A stretch of DNA of 32,000 bases, from assembly GCA_942493095.1 (NCBI GenBank), contig OW818675.1, positions 3,167,951 to 3,199,950 of the forward strand, written 5' to 3'. The position numbers were made by a program, and so were the translations under genes. Shown piece by piece: positions 18,475-25,304 of the stretch. The first letter of the stretch is position 1; every line of letters starts with the position of its first letter. The stretch is from Candidatus Electronema halotolerans. GTDB taxonomy: Bacteria; Desulfobacterota; Desulfobulbia; Desulfobulbales; Desulfobulbaceae. Under the pieces are notes generated by a model. The model had not been told where the DNA came from. It searched no databases and saw only the letters and a program-made list of their open reading frames with translations.

Positions 18475-19473
18475 ATGCAGCTTTACACTGACTTGCAGGA
18501 AATCACCCGGCCCTTTCACCGCCCGGTTGTCACGATTGGCAACTTTGACGGTGTGCATATTGGCCATCAGCTTCTTTTCAGTGAAGTCGCGCTCCGGGCA
18601 CGGCGCATTGGCGGCACCTCGGTTGCCATCACCTTTGATCCTCATCCGCTGAAAGTGCTGCGGCCAGAAGGCATTCCCCTGATTTCCTGCATCAATCAGA
18701 AAATTGAGCTGATCCGCATGGCTGGCGTTGACGCGCTGATCATCATTCCCTTCAGCCGTCAGTTTGCCCGGACCACGGCCACTGATTTTGTCGAAACAGT
18801 GCTCTTCGGCCTGATCGGCGTGCATGAGCTGGTGGTTGGCTATGACTACGCCTTTGGCCGGGGCCGGGAGGGAAATATTGATTTTCTCCGGCAGCAGGGG
18901 GAGGAAAGGGGCTTTCCTGTCACTGTGGTTGAGGCCCATTATGAGGACGGGCTGCCGGTTTCCAGCACCCGCATCCGACAGTTGGTCATGGAAGGTCGGA
19001 TGGAGGAGGCTTGCAGGCTGCTGGGCCGCTGCTATCATATTCACGGCACAGTCCAGCGGGGCAGGCAGCGAGGCAGGCAGTTAGGTTTTCCCACTGCCAA
19101 TCTGCATCTTTCCGCCGAAGACCTCTGCCCGAAAAAAGGCGTTTATGTCACCCAGGTGCTCTGCGGCGGCAAGACCTATGGCAGCATTTCCAATATTGGC
19201 CACAATCCCACTTTCGGCGGCGGCGGGCTGGTGGCGGAAACTCATATTTTTGATTTTAACACTGATATTTACGACCAGCCGATTCAGCTCAATCTGCTCC
19301 GCCATCTGCGCGGAGAGATCAAGTTCGGCTCGGCAGACGAGCTGGCCGCGCAGATTTGCAAAGATGTGGCAACGGCCCGGCAAGTCCTCGCAGATACGGC
19401 CAAAGAGCGGCTGCTTTCCTGCGAGGAGCGGTTTACCCAGCAGATGCTGGTCTCTGAAGCTGAAGAAAGCTGA
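18475..19473 (+). CDS. ribF: bifunctional riboflavin kinase / FMN adenylyltransferase
   Basis: The start is set at ATG 18475 (the TTG at 18427 is less likely). Matching segments are VVTIGNFDGVHIGHQ, TFDPHP, SSTRIR, GRQLGFPTANL, VETHIFDF. Confidence 0.9.
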   Translation: MQLYTDLQEITRPFHRPVVTIGNFDGVHIGHQLLFSEVALRARRIGGTSVAITFDPHPLKVLRPEGIPLISCINQKIELIRMAGVDALIIIPFSRQFARTTATDFVETVLFGLIGVHELVVGYDYAFGRGREGNIDFLRQQGEERGFPVTVVEAHYEDGLPVSSTRIRQLVMEGRMEEACRLLGRCYHIHGTVQRGRQRGRQLGFPTANLHLSAEDLCPKKGVYVTQVLCGGKTYGSISNIGHNPTFGGGGLVAETHIFDFNTDIYDQPIQLNLLRHLRGEIKFGSADELAAQICKDVATARQVLADTAKERLLSCEERFTQQMLVSEAEES

Positions 19474-19501
19474 GAGGGCGAAGCGCGCAGGCTCCGCCCT
19501 C
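19474..19501. terminator. hairpin between convergent ribF and the porin gene
   Basis: In gagggcgaagcgcgcaggctccgccctc, 7 bp plus 3 bp pair around one mismatch. It follows the ribF stop directly and sits 17 nt from the porin stop. U-tracts are weak on both sides. Confidence 0.45.
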
Positions 19502-19518
19502 TGCCAGTTCTGCGGCTC

Positions 19519-20637
19519 TCAGAAGCTCAAGCGCACACCGGCCATGACCAAAGTAACATCCTCATAATCAGCCTTGGTGTCATCCTCCAGCGACAAGGTG
19601 CGGCAGCCCGCATAAAGCTGGGTGTTCCAGTCAGCCAGCTCTTGGACAAACTGCAGCCCATAGCCGCTGGCCTCCTGGCCAATGTCAAAGGCGGCGGCAT
19701 TTTCAAACACGCCGTAATCAATAGAAATGGATGTTGAGCCAATGGGCTGGGCAAATGTGTAGCCGAGCTTGCCGTAGAAGAAGGTCGGGTCATCGCCGTT
19801 CGCTGGCATGTCGCTCACATCAATGGTTGAAGCCGCGACCGTGAGGTTCAAGCCGGTGGAAAAGAGCACGGAAACGGAGCCGTTGATCTGGCTCCAGCCC
19901 TCGTCCGCATTGGACCAAGCGACTTCAGCTTCCAACTGGTTGCCGTTAAATTCACCGGCATACTCCAAGGCAACATCGCCGATCTCATCCTCGCCTATCG
20001 CTCCGCTGAGAGTGAAGCCGCCAAAGCTGGGCGTGTCGTAGCGAACCCGGTTGGCCTTGCCCAGACCTTCGGAAGAAATGCCGCCGTTGGTCACAGACTC
20101 CACGGTGAAATCCTCGCTGTACGCTTTCGCCGCCGCATCAAAGAAGCTCAAACCGCCGCCGACATCACCAAAACCGACATTGCCGACAATGTCAGTGCCG
20201 GACAGATCGTGCTCCGAGCTGACATCAGAGGCCATCTCGCCCTTGCCGAGCGAGACCTTGCCGAGCTGGCCTTCAAGATACAGCTCAACCAATTGTGCAT
20301 CGAATTCACCGGCAATGCTCTCCTCATCCATAGACACGGCATTGGATGGATTGCTCTGCCAGACATACTCAAGATTGCCGCCCACGTTCAGGCACTGGGT
20401 TGCCGCCACCTCCCCGGTCAGGCCGATAAGGGTCTCTGAGTTGGTGTTGTCAACATGAAAGAACTTTTCCTGATTGCCGTCATCAGCATACATGACAGCC
20501 CGGTTTATTGCACCGTAGAGCTGGAGCTGCACCTTGTCGCTGCCAGACTGGATTTCCAAAGCCGAAGCTGAGGAAGCGGCGGCAAGCAGCAGGGATGCGG
20601 CAAGCACGGTCAGTGTTCCCTTGGTCTGATTCTTCAT
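19519..20637 (-). CDS. outer-membrane porin (general Gram-negative porin type)
   Basis: 372 aa with signal peptide MKNQTKGTLTVLAASLLLAAASSASA. It shows the alternating beta-strand pattern, RVRYDTPSFGGFTLSGA, and a C-terminal ...GVRLSF ending in Phe. Confidence 0.75.
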   Translation of the reverse strand: MKNQTKGTLTVLAASLLLAAASSASALEIQSGSDKVQLQLYGAINRAVMYADDGNQEKFFHVDNTNSETLIGLTGEVAATQCLNVGGNLEYVWQSNPSNAVSMDEESIAGEFDAQLVELYLEGQLGKVSLGKGEMASDVSSEHDLSGTDIVGNVGFGDVGGGLSFFDAAAKAYSEDFTVESVTNGGISSEGLGKANRVRYDTPSFGGFTLSGAIGEDEIGDVALEYAGEFNGNQLEAEVAWSNADEGWSQINGSVSVLFSTGLNLTVAASTIDVSDMPANGDDPTFFYGKLGYTFAQPIGSTSISIDYGVFENAAAFDIGQEASGYGLQFVQELADWNTQLYAGCRTLSLEDDTKADYEDVTLVMAGVRLSF

Positions 20638-20688
20638 TTCTTCATTCTCCTTCTATTATTATACAGGTTGATTTGCAGCAGCCGCATT

Positions 20689-21066
20689 TCATTGCGCTGC
20701 TGTTTTTTTCTGACCCGCAGCAGCCTGCTCCTCAGCGGCGGCTGCGAGAAAATCCTCTTTAGTCAGGTCAAAATCCGCCTCATGCGATTCATCCACTTGC
20801 AGAATGATGGTCATGTCGCCTTGACAGGGCGGGACAAAGTCAAACTTGCCCTCCTTGTCAGTTCTGCCTGCAAGTTTTTTTTCTCCTTTGTCATTGACGA
20901 CAAAGATCGTGCCATTCTGCACTTTTTTGTTGCCGCCCATGAACGAGCCTTCGACATAAACCCGGCCTTTCTCCACATAGCACCAGAGAACAACGGCATG
21001 GGCATGAGCTGAGGCGGCAAAAGCCAACAGCAGCAGAAAACTGGCTGTCATCCTGAAAAATTTCAT
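20689..21066 (-). CDS. small periplasmic protein (beta-sandwich type, reminiscent of accessory periplasmic proteins of Ni/Co uptake loci)
   Basis: The start is set at ATG 21066, giving signal peptide MKFFRMTASFLLLLAFAASAHA. The alternative ATG at 21129 would overlap the two-CW gene. HAVVLWCYVEKGRVYVEGSFMGGNKKVQNGTIFVVNDKGEKKLAGRTDKEGKFDF matches, from memory, the HGV..w...g.v.ve..fs.G...g.i.v.d..G..l..G.TD..G.F.F pattern. Confidence 0.6.
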   Translation of the reverse strand: MKFFRMTASFLLLLAFAASAHAHAVVLWCYVEKGRVYVEGSFMGGNKKVQNGTIFVVNDKGEKKLAGRTDKEGKFDFVPPCQGDMTIILQVDESHEADFDLTKEDFLAAAAEEQAAAGQKKTAAQ

Positions 21067-21100
21067 CTTCCGAATTATCTTTTCTGTCGGCAGCGACAGG

Positions 21101-21418
21101 TTAATCAGCCGCCTTGCGGCGCATTTCATAGGTGATCACGGAAAAGACTTTGAAGCGGTGCTGCTCATCTTTGCGGACAGTTTTATAAAAATGGCATTCC
21201 TGACAAGCGGCGACTTTCTCGGCATAGCTGCCCTGCACCTCACCGCGACAGAGTGTGCCTGGAATGACCCAGCAGCAGCGGCCCGCGTTTTTGCCGTCGT
21301 GAATGCCGTCCGCCCGCTGCTCCGCCGCCGCAGGGCAGACCCCGCGCTCGGCAGTGTTGCTGCCGCCCGGCTCCAGACCGCACTGCTCAATCTCCCAGCA
21401 ATTCAGTTTCTGTTCCAT
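21101..21418 (-). CDS. stand-alone two-CW domain protein (cysteine-rich)
   Basis: 105 aa. NCWEIEQCGLEPGG...GVCPAA...GKNAGRCCWVIPGTLCRGEVQGSYAEKVAACQECHFYK has two CW motifs plus a CxxC, matching the two-CW domain known from N-termini of deltaproteobacterial signalling proteins. Confidence 0.75.
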   Translation of the reverse strand: MEQKLNCWEIEQCGLEPGGSNTAERGVCPAAAEQRADGIHDGKNAGRCCWVIPGTLCRGEVQGSYAEKVAACQECHFYKTVRKDEQHRFKVFSVITYEMRRKAAD

Positions 21419-21421
21419 GCT

Positions 21422-21595
21422 TCATCCGCCTTTGTCAATTAAAAAAGTGATGCTGCATTTTTCCCGCATCCGCCTGGCAGCACCTTGCAACTGCTGCTGC
21501 ACACTGGGCTGATTTTCTTCACCATCAAGAAGCGGAGCGGCCACAAAGAGAACGGTCAGTGCCGCTGCCAGGCAACTTGCTGTTTTTTCATGCAA
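21422..21595 (-). CDS. possible 57-codon ORF with signal-peptide-like N-terminus (TTG start), below the ORF-track cutoff
   Basis: My own translation of the minus strand gives (TTG)MHEKTASCLAAALTVLFVAAPLLDGEENQPSVQQQLQGAARRMREKCSITFLIDKGG*. Its TGA (21422-21424) lies 3 nt before the ATG of the two-CW gene. There is no convincing SD. Confidence 0.25.
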   Translation of the reverse strand: MHEKTASCLAAALTVLFVAAPLLDGEENQPSVQQQLQGAARRMREKCSITFLIDKGG

Positions 21596-21916
21596 TCACA
21601 CCATGCTGAGAAAGAAAGGAGGCTCTGCTCTGTCCGCAGGCTCAGTTGATGCCAATCCATTTCCAGCCGCGCTTGTCCAAGAGGGCTGCTCTTCTGCTGC
21701 CGTAACAATCGATGACGGCAAGGCGTAACAGCAGACAGATTGCGGCGGCCAGCCCCAAAACTTCATGGCCAGCTGCCAGCAAACGAGCAATCACTTGGTT
21801 TGCTGGGGAAACAGGGCGGTTCATAGTTTAATTATTTTGACAAAACGTGCTGCGTCACCCGAAGAGGTATCACTATTTTTACAATTAAGCAACTTTTTTT
21901 TCGGGTCATCGCCCTG

Positions 21917-22085
21917 TTGAGCGTTATTTTTTACGGCCAATATATGCGTCCCAAATATGGTCTGTCAGGCTTGCCGTCATTGCCGGTGTGCGCGGCAGGC
22001 AAGGGCATCGACCTTGTTGCCACTGGCGATTTCATCCCATCCAAGCTGGTTCCGCCTCAAGCAGCTCTGCGCAACTCTGCAATTT
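21917..22085 (+). pseudogene. decayed 5' fragment of an EndoQ-like PHP gene (paralogous to the 5' end of the gene at 25429)
   Basis: The left fragment reads ...QYMRPKYGLSGLPSLPVCAAGKGIDLVATGDF; the intact gene reads ...SQYSRATSKSSTLPGLAAWAAVKGIDLVATGDF. The nucleotide core matches at 33/35. An extra T near 22035 shifts the frame, after which it reads THPSWF against THPGWF. The DLHTHS histidines are missing. Confidence 0.6.
22000..22056 (+). repeat. left copy of the diverged direct repeat flanking the accessory islet
   Basis: 22000-22034 (caagggcatcgaccttgttgccactggcgatttca) matches 25524-25558 at 33 of 35 positions. The similarity continues with indels to 22056. Confidence 0.75.
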
Positions 22086-22252
22086 CTCTCTTGACAAGCA
22101 TGGCCAGCCGAAATAAATTCGGCAGTTGCGCTTCATAACTACTTCTTGCCGGGAGAGCACCATTCCCCCAACTGAACAGGTCGCTGCTGCTGGGAGTGAA
22201 TTCCTGCCCTCCTCTTGAACCCTCGAACAAAATACCATCCATATCCAACGAG

Positions 22253-22528
22253 ATGAATACGATTCACGTGGAAAAGAATCCTGCCGAGCACAGGTTGCAG
22301 CAGCTCGGAGTGCGGAGCTGGGCAATTTGGACAAAAGAGGCATCCAGCTTTCCGTGGCATTATGACGAGCAGGAGACCTGCTATTTCCTCGAAGGCAGCG
22401 TTGTTGTCACGCCTGCAAATGGCGAGCCGGTACAGATCAGCAAAGGCGATCTTGTCACTTTTCCTGAAGGAATGGATTGCGTCTGGGAGATTAAAGAACC
22501 TGTCCGCAAGCATTATCTTTTTGGATAA
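22253..22528 (+). CDS. small cupin-fold protein (DUF861/cupin_3-like)
   Basis: The start is set at ATG 22253. MNTIHVEKNP...LGVRSWAIWTKEASSFPWHYDEQETCYFLEGSVVVTPANGEPVQISKGDLVTFPEGMDCVWEI is the typical single-domain cupin pattern. Confidence 0.75.
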   Translation: MNTIHVEKNPAEHRLQQLGVRSWAIWTKEASSFPWHYDEQETCYFLEGSVVVTPANGEPVQISKGDLVTFPEGMDCVWEIKEPVRKHYLFG

Positions 22529-22548
22529 GGCAGCTAATAAGCATAACC

Positions 22549-22986
22549 ATGTCACGAAGAGATAGTTATCATGATGTTGTAAAATACTTGCTTATACAAG
22601 AAGGGTGGAGTGTCACGCACGATCCGTACATATTCGGAACTGATCCTAAATTGTTAGCAGATTTGGGAGCGGAGAGGGTGATAGCCGCTGAACGTAAGCA
22701 TGAAAAGATTGTTGTCGAAATCAAGAGCTTTCTGCGCACGTCTCAGGTTGCCGATTTTGAGGATGCTGTCGGCAAGTACAGTGTGTACAATATTTTTCTC
22801 CAACAGCAGGAACCGGACAGGAGATTGTGGCTGGCCGTCCCGCTTCATGCAGCCGAAAATATCCTCAGCCGAGAGGTGGGGCGGGTTACGCTTGAAGCGA
22901 TGAGGATTCCTGTTATTGTCTATTCATTAACCGGAGAGGAGCCTTTGATATGGAAAATTCCGAAGAATTCTACAGGCAGTGTGTGA
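22549..22986 (+). CDS. xisH: XisH family protein
   Basis: 145 aa. SYHDVVKYLLIQEGWSVTHDPY...LADLGAERVIAAERKHEKIVVEIKSFL...AVGKYSVY closely follows the XisH pattern (FHD.Vk.AL.k.GW.IT.DP...aDL.AE..iAAE....KIaVEIKSF). Confidence 0.85.
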   Translation: MSRRDSYHDVVKYLLIQEGWSVTHDPYIFGTDPKLLADLGAERVIAAERKHEKIVVEIKSFLRTSQVADFEDAVGKYSVYNIFLQQQEPDRRLWLAVPLHAAENILSREVGRVTLEAMRIPVIVYSLTGEEPLIWKIPKNSTGSV

Positions 22987-23303
22987 AAAAGTTTCTGGCA
23001 TCTTATGAATCTTTAAAAACGAACGATTCGCAGATAGAACTTATCTTTGATGATGTACGGATGCGGTACATGGCCGTTTGGGTAGGATGGCAGAAGCACA
23101 AACGAATTCATGAGTGCGCTGTTCATATTGATATATCTGACGGAGATGTGGTTATTCAGCGGAACGACACGGAAGATATGCTTGATGAAGAGCTGATAAA
23201 AATGGGAATTCCGAAATCGCGCATACGATCGGAGATTATTCCTCCTGAAGCTCGGTTTTATTTGGAAGAAGGGAGGCGCGGTGCAGAATCGCCGGGTGCG
23301 TGA
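22950..23303 (+). CDS. xisI: XisI family protein
   Basis: 117 aa, overlapping xisH by 37 nt, with GGAGAGGA about 10 nt upstream. YRQCVKKFLASY...ELIFDDVRMRYMAVWVGWQKHKRIHECAVHIDISDGDVVIQRNDTEDMLDEELIKMGIPKSRI matches the XisI pattern. Confidence 0.85.
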   Translation: MENSEEFYRQCVKKFLASYESLKTNDSQIELIFDDVRMRYMAVWVGWQKHKRIHECAVHIDISDGDVVIQRNDTEDMLDEELIKMGIPKSRIRSEIIPPEARFYLEEGRRGAESPGA

Positions 23304-23366
23304 GGTCTGTTTCTGTGAAACGAAAGCGGAGAGATTTTATTGTTTCTATGTAACGGAGTATTGTTT

Positions 23367-23576
23367 ATGATTGCCAAAGATATGCTTGCTCAGATTCAAC
23401 ATGCGCCGCTGGCAGAGCGCATACAGCTTATTGAGCTTATTTTGAGGTCATTGAAAGAGGATATACAGTCCAGCATCTCCAGCACGTCTCGACGGAAATC
23501 ATTTAAAGTACGCAAGTTTCATCTTGGGCAGGAAGTTGCTTGTGATCGTGATGAAATCTATGCTGAACGAGGGTAA
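23367..23576 (+). CDS. putative antitoxin (addiction-module component) paired with the PIN toxin
   Basis: 69 aa from ATG 23367, with GGAG 8 nt upstream. MIAKDMLAQIQHAPLAERIQLIELILRSLKE is the short helical N-terminus seen in antitoxins of PIN toxins. Its stop lies 8 nt before vapC. Confidence 0.65.
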   Translation: MIAKDMLAQIQHAPLAERIQLIELILRSLKEDIQSSISSTSRRKSFKVRKFHLGQEVACDRDEIYAERG

Positions 23577-23584
23577 GAAGACAC

Positions 23585-24055
23585 ATGCTCTTTGCAATTG
23601 ATACGAACCTGCTGGTTTATGCCCATAATTCAGATTCTGAATTTCATCAGCAAGCTGCCCAGTTCATCGAACGCATGTTCAATGAGTATGATGCGGACGG
23701 GCAGTTGTCTGTTTGTCTTTCAACGCAGGTGCTGACAGAGTTTATCAATGTCATGACACGACAGATGCTGCGGAGGCCTCTGTCAATTCAAGAAGCAGCA
23801 GATGTTGTGCAGGATTATCTTGACACTGGAGTTCTTGTTCTTTCCCATAAGGAAACGCAGATGCAAACGTTTCTGACGCTGTTGAAAACAGTCACAACAC
23901 GCAAAAAGATGTTTGATGTGGTGCTTGCCGCGACATTGAAAGATCATGAGATTGCCGGATTGTACACGGTGAATACCGTTGACTTTGAAGATTTTGAATG
24001 GCTGAAGGTGATCAATCCGCTCAAGACAGACGGTGAAGAGCAATCCTTCGCTTGA
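23585..24055 (+). CDS. vapC: PIN-domain ribonuclease toxin, VapC family
   Basis: 156 aa. The N-terminal MLFAIDTNLLVYA carries the first catalytic Asp. The size and the upstream small partner fit a type II TA module. Confidence 0.85.
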   Translation: MLFAIDTNLLVYAHNSDSEFHQQAAQFIERMFNEYDADGQLSVCLSTQVLTEFINVMTRQMLRRPLSIQEAADVVQDYLDTGVLVLSHKETQMQTFLTLLKTVTTRKKMFDVVLAATLKDHEIAGLYTVNTVDFEDFEWLKVINPLKTDGEEQSFA

Positions 24056-24177
24056 TGAGATGCAGCCAAGGGGTGGTGTTAGAGGTTTTGCAGGGGAAGA
24101 GAAATTTGGATATCAGGCAGATAAAAGCATTAAGCACCAGATTCAATGTGTCGCCTTTGGTATTCATTCAGGAATAG
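24055..24177 (+). pseudogene. truncated HigA/XRE-type HTH antitoxin remnant (C-terminal half only)
   Basis: My translation of frame 1 gives MRCSQGVVLEVLQGKRNLDIRQIKALSTRFNVSPLVFIQE* (40 aa). ..L.GKR.l....i..L...F.vSP..f is the recognition-helix/C-terminal part of XRE/HigA HTH domains, but helices 1-2 are absent. Its ATG overlaps the vapC TGA (TGATG). Confidence 0.3.
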
Positions 24178-24320
24178 TGTGCGGCAGGGCTGGAAATGGG
24201 TAAGCGGGCGAAAAAGAAATGATGCGAGAACGCATCCTACGAGACTTTGGCTCAAATTGTTTGATTTCGTTTCACTCAAGCAGGCCTGCTAAACTATTTA
24301 AATTACAAAATAATATACCA

Positions 24321-24830
24321 ATGAGCAATGTTCGTCCGAATCTGAAGGCATTCAAGGATCGAGAAGATTTAGTCTTTGTCGTAGATCGTTTCAATGCGCT
24401 TGAGGATAATCTTACAAGTATCCTGACGAGAGAGATTGGCGTACCTAAAGAACAAGAATCCTTTGTCCGGGATATTGTTTTCAACAATACAATTGTATCT
24501 TTTTCGGCAAAAGTGAAATTATTTTTACACTTGCGGTCAATACGGAATTGGCCGAAAATTGATCCCAAAGATTTTCACCGGCTGATGCACATCCGTAATC
24601 AGTTCGCTCATTGCAATCCAACGCAATATATTCATGTCACCATGAACAAAGGAGATAAGCCCGTTCAATCTGAAGTAAAAATCATGCTCGAATCGCTGAG
24701 TAATGCGGGGGAGATTGTTTCAGTCGAGTCTTCGATAGCACTCAAAGAATTCACAGAGATATATGATCGACTCAGGACGTACCTGTTTAAGGTGTCACAA
24801 GCAGATTCACCTGATGATAAGATGGTTTGA
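24321..24830 (+). CDS. small HEPN-superfamily protein (R-x4-H motif; MtlR/DUF4145/Abi-like)
   Basis: The start is set at ATG 24321, where the very AT-rich segment begins (the ORF is open from 24219). The 169-aa helical protein has SFSAKVKLFLHLRSI...DFHRLMHIRNQFAH, i.e. the h..hRNxxAH HEPN signature. No SD. Confidence 0.6.
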   Translation: MSNVRPNLKAFKDREDLVFVVDRFNALEDNLTSILTREIGVPKEQESFVRDIVFNNTIVSFSAKVKLFLHLRSIRNWPKIDPKDFHRLMHIRNQFAHCNPTQYIHVTMNKGDKPVQSEVKIMLESLSNAGEIVSVESSIALKEFTEIYDRLRTYLFKVSQADSPDDKMV

Positions 24831-24911
24831 AATATGGAGGATTCCGGTCAAGCATCCCTACGTAACTAATATTAAATATACACATATAAATCCAACTCCA
24901 TATCTGCAATT

Positions 24912-25304
24912 ATGAACGAGAACGAAAAGAAGCTATCATTTGAATTGCAAGTTGAAAGGAATAAAAATGGACAACTCGAAGAGAAAATCGAGCAACAGAA
25001 AAAAGAGATTCAAATTATAGCATCTATTTTAATAGTAACATTGATTATTTTATTTTTCTTTCTGTATGCTAATTATAAATATGAAATGGAGAAAATTTAC
25101 CAAAGTACCATTTTTATGGCAATTGCTGGGGCAATTTTTTTATTTTTTTACAAAATATATCCAAAAATATCATCCATGATTTTTTGTAGTTTTTTTGTAT
25201 TAGCTGCATATAAAAAGGGTGGTTTTATAGACTGGTCTTTTGGAATACTTTTCGCAATTTTATTCATATTTAATTTTTTCAAAAAAAATGATGCCTCCAT
25301 GTAG
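24912..25304 (+). CDS. coiled-coil / four-TM membrane protein, no recognisable family
   Basis: 130 aa, the most AT-rich stretch of the window. The N-terminus is charged (KKLSFELQVERNKNGQLEEKIEQQKKEIQ). Four hydrophobic segments follow (IIASILIVTLIILFFFLY, IFMAIAGAIFLFFY, MIFCSFFVLAAY, WSFGILFAILFIFNFF). Confidence 0.6.
   Translation: MNENEKKLSFELQVERNKNGQLEEKIEQQKKEIQIIASILIVTLIILFFFLYANYKYEMEKIYQSTIFMAIAGAIFLFFYKIYPKISSMIFCSFFVLAAYKKGGFIDWSFGILFAILFIFNFFKKNDASM

Noticed and set aside
21642-21824. 60-aa minus-strand ORF (MNRPVSPANQVIARLLAAGHEVLGLAAAICLLL...)
   Set aside because: It has an ATG but no SD and no recognisable family. It overlaps another 64-aa ORF in a different frame. I cannot distinguish it from chance, so it is left unannotated.
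22139-22555. 138-aa minus-strand ORF in the islet
   Set aside because: It overlaps the cupin gene on the opposite strand. The cupin reading frame has a clear family signature, and this ORF has none.
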